Source of the DNA: an uncultured virus (IMG/VR IMGVR_UViG_3300014205_000018)
Taxonomy: Duplodnaviria > Heunggongvirae > Uroviricota > Caudoviricetes
Length of the DNA: 64,000 nt
IMG/VR virus record: IMGVR_UViG_3300014205_000018
Strand: one strand, 5' to 3'
Part shown: positions 53,672 to 59,904 of the stretch, one piece after another
Layout: each line of letters begins with the position of its first letter
How positions within the stretch are numbered: the stretch's first letter is position 1
Notes under the pieces: generated by a model
Databases searched by the model: none
Told to the model about the DNA's origin: nothing
What the model saw: only the letters and a program-made list of their open reading frames with translations
Position numbers and translations under genes: made by a program

Positions 53672-53991
53672 TTTGGGGCATCCATTCTTCGCGGCGTGCC
53701 GGCGTAGGGCCAAGGCACATCTCGCGCAAGTCGTTGTCGCGTAAGGAAAAATAGTTGGCGAGTGATCGAAAGTTTATAACACTCAGGAATGAGTGTGCGC
53801 CTAAGTTTCCCTGGCCATGTGTCCGGGAAAGTGCGCACGTATATGCACATATATTTTCCCTCCCCCATATATATATTCTTTCTTTTAATAGAGATATATA
53901 TATAAGAGGGCGCGCACATTCAAAATCAACGACTTAGCGCAGACGCTACGTGGTGAGAGTACGCCACGTACGTGAAAATGGATGCCCCAAA
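53672..53991. other. Candidate replication origin: AT-rich core within nested inverted repeats
   Basis: 15-bp IR 53672-53686/53977-53991; inner IR 53724-53736/53927-53940; (TA)n core about 53840-53905. Confidence 0.5.
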
Positions 53992-54035
53992 GTGACGTGA
54001 AGGAAAAGTGTTGTATGCACGCAACACTTTCCCAC

Positions 54036-54058
54036 TAACTCCCGAGTTTCGGGAGTTA
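54036..54058. promoter_or_regulatory. 23-bp palindrome, copy 5
   Basis: taactcccga-gtt-tcgggagtta. Confidence 0.85.
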
Positions 54059-54075
54059 CGTCCGGCAGTTACTGA

Positions 54076-54456
54076 CTATTGCTGACCGTAGGACCCGCCG
54101 TTCGCGAGTTCGACGGTACGTCGTGCGTGGTGTGCCCGCGCAATGAGGCGGCGGTGCGCACGCGAGTGCCGGGTAATCACCATTGGGGCAACCAATGGGT
54201 CACCGTAGGTAGTCACGCCGTTGACGTAGCAGCGGGCATTGGCCCAAGGGAAGTCGATGACAGCTGGAGCTGGGGGCTGCAGCAGTGCCGGCACCTTGGG
54301 GTTGCGCGGGTACGTGAACGTGGCGTAGCTGATGCCATCGCTATGTCGGGTCTCGAGCAGTGTGATTCCCTCCTGCGTGGCTGCCTGCGCCAGGAGCGCG
54401 GGACGGATGTTGTCTTTGGCGATGCCGCGGGATGTGTAGCCTGATACGAATTTCAT
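54076..54456 (-). CDS. Early hypothetical protein
   Basis: AGGAGAATGAA-ATG start. Confidence 0.6.
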   Translation of the reverse strand: MKFVSGYTSRGIAKDNIRPALLAQAATQEGITLLETRHSDGISYATFTYPRNPKVPALLQPPAPAVIDFPWANARCYVNGVTTYGDPLVAPMVITRHSRAHRRLIARAHHARRTVELANGGSYGQQ

Positions 54457-54491
54457 TTCATTCTCCTAAGTGCCACTCTCGTGGCGGGTGT

Positions 54492-54514
54492 TAACTCCCG
54501 AACATCGGGAGTTA
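54492..54514. promoter_or_regulatory. 23-bp palindrome, copy 6
   Basis: taactcccga-aca-tcgggagtta. Confidence 0.85.
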
Positions 54515-54579
54515 GGCCAGCGAAGCTGACCCATGATGGCGCCTGCCCAATGCAAGCGCCACGAGGGTGAGCCTAGCCG

Positions 54580-54864
54580 TTACCAGAAGCGGCGCAGGAT
54601 GTGCGCGCGGGCTTCGACCTCGGTACCGAAGCGGACTTCGGCCTCGGTCATGAAGTACAGCTTCGGCGCCACATCGCCCGGCTTGTAGCTGTCCTTGTCA
54701 CGCACGATGACACCGCGCCCGTCACGCACGCAGGTCACATAGGGCAGCTTGAAGATATCCCCGAGATCAGCAGCATCCACGGGACGCGACTGCACGTAGG
54801 CTTGGGCAGCCATGACAGGAGCCTCGATATCGGCACGACGAAACAGGGTGTAAAGCAAATTCAT
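54580..54864 (-). CDS. Early hypothetical protein
   Basis: AGGAGAATGAA-ATG start. Confidence 0.6.
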   Translation of the reverse strand: MNLLYTLFRRADIEAPVMAAQAYVQSRPVDAADLGDIFKLPYVTCVRDGRGVIVRDKDSYKPGDVAPKLYFMTEAEVRFGTEVEARAHILRRFW

Positions 54865-54888
54865 TTCATTCTCCTGAAGATATACCAC

Positions 54889-54911
54889 TAACTCCCGACA
54901 CTCGGGAGTTA
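54889..54911. promoter_or_regulatory. 23-bp palindrome, copy 7
   Basis: taactcccga-cac-tcgggagtta. Confidence 0.85.
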
Positions 54912-55018
54912 CCAACCCCGGTACCTGATTAATTAATCAGGGCACGTTGCATCTGCAACGGGGAAGGTGGAACCGGGTTAACCACCATCCGCATACTGAA
55001 TGACTCCGTAATTATGTA

Positions 55019-55405
55019 TTACAGAGCCTTGATAGCAGCGATCGCCGCGGCCTTGCTGCCACACGTTTCGATGAACGACGCAGCCGCTGCCTTCATGGCG
55101 CGTGTCACCTTGACTTCCTTGCGTGTCGTGTGGCCACTGCGCTCACCCACGATGGCATTGACCATGAGCGACAACATGTTCGCCGCAGTCTTGTAGGACT
55201 TGTGCGACTCAGGCAGCGTGAAGCCTTCGCCGCGCTCCTTCGCGACCAGCTTGATGTTGTAGTGCTCGGCGATGATGGGCATGCACTCGCTGCGCACGAA
55301 GGCGCGATCGCTCGGGTCTTCGAAGTGCGCACGCATGTCAGCGGCCAGGGTAGACAGCTTGGCATTGGTGTTGATGAAGGCAACGGCGAGGGATTTGAAA
55401 GACAT
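55019..55405 (-). CDS. Early hypothetical protein
   Basis: AGGAG RBS before ATG 55405. Confidence 0.6.
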   Translation of the reverse strand: MSFKSLAVAFINTNAKLSTLAADMRAHFEDPSDRAFVRSECMPIIAEHYNIKLVAKERGEGFTLPESHKSYKTAANMLSLMVNAIVGERSGHTTRKEVKVTRAMKAAAASFIETCGSKAAAIAAIKAL

Positions 55406-55481
55406 AGTAGTTCTCCTGAAGATGTTGGCACATCGCCAACGCACAACACACGCGACATTGCATGTGCTGTGCGAGAGCGAC

Positions 55482-55504
55482 TAACTCCCGAGCGTCGGGA
55501 GTTA
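55482..55504. promoter_or_regulatory. 23-bp palindrome, copy 8
   Basis: taactcccga-gcg-tcgggagtta. Confidence 0.85.
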
Positions 55505-55514
55505 GTGCGATTAA

Positions 55515-55712
55515 TTAATCGGTGCGCTGTTGCTGCTGCGCGTAGTACGCGTTCCAATCAGCGGCGCCCATACGTTGCGCGACCTGCATCTCATGGGCCT
55601 GTGCGATCTCGAAGTTCCACGTATCTACCTGCTTGCTCATGCGTCGTGTGCGTTGCACAGCTGCAATGTAGCGGCGGATGATTGACTGGTTCGGTGTACG
55701 TTGTGCTTGCAT
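55515..55712 (-). CDS. First gene of the early arm, hypothetical
   Basis: AGGAGCATGAC-ATG start; stop falls within GATTAATTAATC. Confidence 0.55.
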   Translation of the reverse strand: MQAQRTPNQSIIRRYIAAVQRTRRMSKQVDTWNFEIAQAHEMQVAQRMGAADWNAYYAQQQQRTD

Positions 55713-55760
55713 GTCATGCTCCTGTGTATGTCCCAGAGCCAATCCCCAGAACATGTCCAT

Positions 55761-55769
55761 ATCTTAACA
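55761..55769 (-). promoter_or_regulatory. Extended -10 promoter candidate for the early arm
   Basis: Minus-strand TGtTAAGAT about 50 nt upstream of ATG 55712. Confidence 0.4.
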
Positions 55770-55887
55770 ATGGGGGGTATAAAGCCCCATTACAGGGGGG
55801 CCGGCAGGGGGTAGAGGGGGTGGGGGCCCCCTTATAGGTAGCACAGTGGCGCAGATATATAAACACTGTTCCACTCAAATCCTCGGA

Positions 55888-56002
55888 ATTTGCTAAGAAA
55901 TGAACATGATTAATTAATCGTGCCACTCAAACGATTGGTTTTGCTATGCTTTTTGTAGCATAGCTTTGGTATTTGTTAAGAAATGAACATGATTAATTAA
56001 TC
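55888..56002. repeat. 32-bp direct repeat (55888-55919, 55971-56002) ending in GATTAATTAATC
   Basis: atttg[c/t]taagaaatgaacatgattaattaatc. Confidence 0.9.
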
Positions 56003-56130
56003 AGACTGCAGCCTAAAGGCGTTTTGTCAAGAAGTTGACAACCCGGGCCCAAAAAATTTTTTGCAAAAAATTCCGCAGGGTGGTGTAGAATCTGTCAAGT
56101 TATGAACACCCAACCCGCAAAGGAAACGAC

Positions 56131-56337
56131 ATGGAAAAATCTTTAGGCGAAGCCCTCCCGGAAGAACAGGCCCGCGTACGGGTGGTTCTCGGGCACTACA
56201 GGGAGATCGGACCGGCCGGGACGTTTGGCGCCGTAATGATCGAGCAGTCCTTGGCCGCCGCCGACCGCGCGGTCATGAGTGGCGATGTAGTGGCCATGCT
56301 CAGGGCGTACCAAGACCTGCGCGACATCACGGGCTGA
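56131..56337 (+). CDS. Conserved phage hypothetical protein
   Basis: SLGEALPEEQARVR..L..Y..IGPAG.FGA..I; AAGGA RBS. Confidence 0.7.
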   Translation: MEKSLGEALPEEQARVRVVLGHYREIGPAGTFGAVMIEQSLAAADRAVMSGDVVAMLRAYQDLRDITG

Positions 56338-56432
56338 CCAGCCAAAAAAATCCCCGCAGAGCCAAACTCGATGCGGGGACCAAGGTCTTTGCATGACCAA
56401 GGAGCACGACAGTGCCGCAAGGCACTCCGGAG

Positions 56433-56461
56433 TTGCACCCCCGGCGCAGCCAGTATACACT
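56433..56461 (+). promoter_or_regulatory. Sigma70-like promoter TTGCAC-17-TACACT
   Basis: 17-nt spacing; preceded by hairpin agtgcc-gcaa-ggcact (56411-56426). Confidence 0.5.
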
Positions 56462-56468
56462 CCCGCGC

Positions 56469-57092
56469 ATGGAGTCACCAACCCCAGCTGCAGCCGCACC
56501 CTCCGCCCAGGCGGGGACGGCGCTATTTTCCCATCTCATCGACCCGGACTTCACGCCACTGGACGCCGCCGACGTCACGGACCTCCTTGACGCCCAGGCC
56601 GGCACGGCCAGCATGCTGGACTTCGACGGGAACGCGGACGAGCTGGACGAGTTGCAGAAAAACAACGTCCGGCAAGCATTCGCCGTTGCCACCTCCCCCG
56701 ACGCCGACCCCATCCTGGCCAAGGCCAACATCCTGGCGCTACGCGCGCCGGCCCAGGTGCGCCACCTCGCCGGCATGCTGTCCCAGTACGACTGGGACTT
56801 CGTGGAGCAGGCCAAGGAGATCAGGGGCTACGTGGTGGCGCAACTGCTCGAGCACAGCAAGGACCCGAACCCGAAGGTCGCGCTGCGGGCCCTGGAGCTG
56901 ACCGGCAAGCTGACCGAGGTGGGGAGCTTCACGGAGCGCGTGTCCATCACCCGCACGGACGGCGACGCCGGCGCGATCGAGGACCGGATACGCTCCAGGC
57001 TGGCCGGGCTGCTGCCCAAGGTTGTCGAGGTGCAGGAGGCCACGGTCATCCCTGAACCCGAGGCGTTCACGATACAAACCCTGAAGAAGTAA
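56469..57092 (+). CDS. Putative terminase small subunit
   Basis: ALRALELTGKLTEVGSFTER pattern; upstream of terL. Confidence 0.55.
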   Translation: MESPTPAAAAPSAQAGTALFSHLIDPDFTPLDAADVTDLLDAQAGTASMLDFDGNADELDELQKNNVRQAFAVATSPDADPILAKANILALRAPAQVRHLAGMLSQYDWDFVEQAKEIRGYVVAQLLEHSKDPNPKVALRALELTGKLTEVGSFTERVSITRTDGDAGAIEDRIRSRLAGLLPKVVEVQEATVIPEPEAFTIQTLKK

Positions 57093-57117
57093 GTACCGAC
57101 TAATATAGGAGAACGAG

Positions 57118-57321
57118 ATGGCTGCTGAAGACGATGCAAAGCGTATGGGGACCCGCGTATTTGGTGGCTATCTTGCCGACCGCGCGCTGAACCGCGCCGA
57201 CTTCAAGAAGAAGGGCGAGATGACCCGTGACGAGAAGTTGGCCAAGCAGGAGCGAGACGCGGTGGGGTACAAAGCCGGCGGCATGGTGCGCCGGGGCTAC
57301 GGCAGGGCGCGCGGTGCGTAA
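57118..57321 (+). CDS. Small basic protein
   Basis: AGGAG RBS; ends YKAGGMVRRGYGRARGA. Confidence 0.65.
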   Translation: MAAEDDAKRMGTRVFGGYLADRALNRADFKKKGEMTRDEKLAKQERDAVGYKAGGMVRRGYGRARGA

Positions 57322-57369
57322 CTGGACCCCAACCCCTGTCACAGTAGCACGGCCAAAACGGACGACACT

Positions 57370-57672
57370 GTGACAACCGACCACAAGTTCCACGGGCCCG
57401 GTCTGGTCGAACGCCTGACCGAGCAGCTCAAGGCCCAGAAAAACGTTGCCAACCCATCGGCCATGGCGCTGGCGCTTCTCAAGGCCAGGGGTCAGGTCGA
57501 CGAGAAGGGCCGGCTCACGCCCGCGGGGACCACCCGCGACAACCTGGGCGCCGACGGCAGGGCCAAGGACCGGGCGGCCAAGGCCGCGGGCGCGGGCGTC
57601 AAGCCCCAGGACTTTCACTACAACCCGGAGACAAACCGGGCGACGAGGAAGCCCAGGACCTGGGGACGATGA
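57370..57672 (+). CDS. Hypothetical protein
   Basis: LVERLT.QL...LT..G..R.......RAKDRAAK...F.YNP.TNRAT. Confidence 0.6.
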   Translation: MTTDHKFHGPGLVERLTEQLKAQKNVANPSAMALALLKARGQVDEKGRLTPAGTTRDNLGADGRAKDRAAKAAGAGVKPQDFHYNPETNRATRKPRTWGR

Positions 57673-57673
57673 T

Positions 57674-57955
57674 ATGGCAGCCATCCTCGAGTTCAAGAAA
57701 CCCGGAGCCCAAGACCCACACGCTACTGGGCACGCATTCTGCCTTGGATGCGACCACACATGGGAAGCTGTGGCACCGGTTGGAACCCAGCGCCTGGAGT
57801 GTCCAGAGTGCCATCGCCGAATGGGGATGTTCACATTTGAGTTCGCACCGCCCGAGGGCACGCTGGTTCGCACGTGCGACTGTGGCAACCAGTTATTCAC
57901 GCTCACCGAGGAGGGGCACATGTGCCCACGGTGCGGGACGTATCAGAGTTATTAA
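57674..57955 (+). CDS. Zn-ribbon protein
   Basis: CLGC, CPEC, CDCG, CPRCG. Confidence 0.65.
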   Translation: MAAILEFKKPGAQDPHATGHAFCLGCDHTWEAVAPVGTQRLECPECHRRMGMFTFEFAPPEGTLVRTCDCGNQLFTLTEEGHMCPRCGTYQSY

Positions 57956-57970
57956 CCACAAGGACCGGCC

Positions 57971-58147
57971 ATGACATCGACAGTAAAAGTAACCGCCCAT
58001 TGCGCAGCCACGAAAGTTGTGGAGATCGTCGTAAGCGATGGCGGGAAAACAGAGGTGATCCTGCTGCAGGACGGCGAGACCAAGGAGTTGTACGTGTACG
58101 ACGCGCGCAACGTGACGGTGTGCGAACGGCTGGTAGCGGATGAGTAA
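57971..58147 (+). CDS. Small hypothetical protein (58 aa)
   Basis: AAGGA RBS; MTSTVKVTAHC...; below the ORF track cutoff. Confidence 0.55.
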   Translation: MTSTVKVTAHCAATKVVEIVVSDGGKTEVILLQDGETKELYVYDARNVTVCERLVADE

Positions 58148-58358
58148 AATCATCCCCTTCACCGGCGTCACGAAGCTGGACCTCGACCCAGACGTGGTCC
58201 TTGAGAACCTCAAGGGCAAGGTCGAGGGGTTCGTGCTGATGGGCTGGGACGCCGACGGGGAGGAGTTTTTCAGCTCCACCTACGCCGACGGCGGGACGGT
58301 GTTGTGGCTGATCGAGCGCTGCAAGAAACGCCTGTTGGAGTCGCCGGAGGCGGAGTAA
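58140..58358 (+). CDS. Conserved phage hypothetical protein
   Basis: FTGVTKLDLDPD.VL...FFSST.ADGG.VLWL.ER.K. Confidence 0.65.
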   Translation: MSKIIPFTGVTKLDLDPDVVLENLKGKVEGFVLMGWDADGEEFFSSTYADGGTVLWLIERCKKRLLESPEAE

Positions 58359-58361
58359 CCC

Positions 58362-59894
58362 ATGGACATGCTCTCGCCCGAAGGTCAGGCCGCCATCTTG
58401 GCGGCCTTGCCGCATATGTCGCCCTCGGAGAAGGAGACGCTGCTGGCCGACTTGGACGAGCTGCAGCGCATACGCGACCTCGACGACTACCGCGGCAACT
58501 TCCTGGCCTTCTGTCATAGGGTTTACCCTGAGTTCAAGGAGGGGCCCCATCACCGCAACATGGCCAAGTCCCTGGCGCGGGTACTGGTCGGGGAGGAGCC
58601 CCGGCTGACCGTGTCCATGCCGCCGCGGTTCGGCAAGAGCATCACGATCTCGTACCTGTTCGTGGCGTGGTACCTGGGGCACAACCCGACCCATCACATC
58701 ATGATGGTGACCCACACCGCTGACCTGTCCGCGGACTTCGGCCGGCAGGTGCGCAACCTGATAACGAGTCCCATTTACAGGGAGATATTCCCAAACACCG
58801 TGGTCTCGGCTGACAAGTCCGCTGCCAACAACTGGACCACGACCAAGGGCGGGAAGTATCTGGCCATCGGTATCGGGGCCAACGTGGCCGGGCACGGCGC
58901 CCACCTGCTGGTGGCCGATGACTTGGTCTCGGAGCAGGCGGTGCTGGCCAACCCGGACACGATATTTGCCACCGCGTGGAACTACATGCAGGTGGGCCCG
59001 ATGCAGCGGCTCATGCCCAACGGGCGGATCATCATGATCGGAACGCGCTGGGGCAAGAAGGACCCGATCGGGCGCGCGCTGCAGTGGGCCGAGCAGAACT
59101 CGGACTCGACCCAGTGGAAGGAGATCAGGTTCCCCGCGGTGATGCCATCGGGCAAGTCCCTGTGGCCCGAGCAGTGGCCGATCGAGCAGCTCCTGGCCAA
59201 GAAGGCCAGTATGTTCCCGCAGTTCTGGGCCGCCCAGTACATGCAGGAGCCCACGTCCGAGGAGGGCGCCATCATAAAGCGCGAGTGGTGGCGGCTGTGG
59301 GACAAGGAGAAACCGCCCAAGTGCGAGATCATCCTGCAGAGCTGGGACACCGCGCACGAGGCCAAATCCAGCGCCGACCCAAGCGCCGTCACGACCTGGG
59401 GGCTGTTCGTCAACGAGAACGAGGACGACGCCATGCAGATCATCCTGCTCGACGCATGGCAGGGCCGCAAGGAGTTTCCGGACCTCAAGAAGTTCGCCCT
59501 CGAGTATTACGAGGAGTGGGAGCCGGACATGGTGATCATCGAGAAAAAGGCCGCCGGCGCGCCGCTGATTCAGGAAATGCGCTTGATCGGAGTGCCGGTT
59601 ACAGAGTACAGTCCATCGCGCAAGGGCGGCGGCGTGGCCAATGACAAGCGCGCGCGGGGCAATGCGATCGCGGACATGTTCGCCTCCGGCATGGTCTGGG
59701 CGTCCGACCACCGCTGGGCGAAGGAATTAATTGATCAGGTGGCCGAGTTTCCCAACGGGGAGCATGACGACCTGTACGACACGACGGTGCAGGCGATGAT
59801 GCGCATCCGCCAGGGCGGGCTCATCCGGCTGAAGTCAGACGAGAAAGATGACTTGGACGACGCAGACCTGCGCCGGCCGGTCAGTTACTACTGA
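58362..59894 (+). CDS. terL: Terminase large subunit
   Basis: MPPRFGKS, ADD, GTRW, QYMQEP, SWDTA, FPNGEHDDLYD. Confidence 0.93.
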   Translation: MDMLSPEGQAAILAALPHMSPSEKETLLADLDELQRIRDLDDYRGNFLAFCHRVYPEFKEGPHHRNMAKSLARVLVGEEPRLTVSMPPRFGKSITISYLFVAWYLGHNPTHHIMMVTHTADLSADFGRQVRNLITSPIYREIFPNTVVSADKSAANNWTTTKGGKYLAIGIGANVAGHGAHLLVADDLVSEQAVLANPDTIFATAWNYMQVGPMQRLMPNGRIIMIGTRWGKKDPIGRALQWAEQNSDSTQWKEIRFPAVMPSGKSLWPEQWPIEQLLAKKASMFPQFWAAQYMQEPTSEEGAIIKREWWRLWDKEKPPKCEIILQSWDTAHEAKSSADPSAVTTWGLFVNENEDDAMQIILLDAWQGRKEFPDLKKFALEYYEEWEPDMVIIEKKAAGAPLIQEMRLIGVPVTEYSPSRKGGGVANDKRARGNAIADMFASGMVWASDHRWAKELIDQVAEFPNGEHDDLYDTTVQAMMRIRQGGLIRLKSDEKDDLDDADLRRPVSYY

Positions 59895-59904
59895 GGGATT
59901 CAAA

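Noticed and set aside
53608..53919. 103-aa ORF across the AT-rich gap
   Set aside because: Low-complexity IYIY translation of TA runs and no RBS; more likely non-coding
45624..55504. 23-bp palindromes as a CRISPR array or mini-array
   Set aside because: Copies are about 400-2900 bp apart with whole genes between them, and there is no cas operon; the Cas4-like nuclease is a typical phage exonuclease
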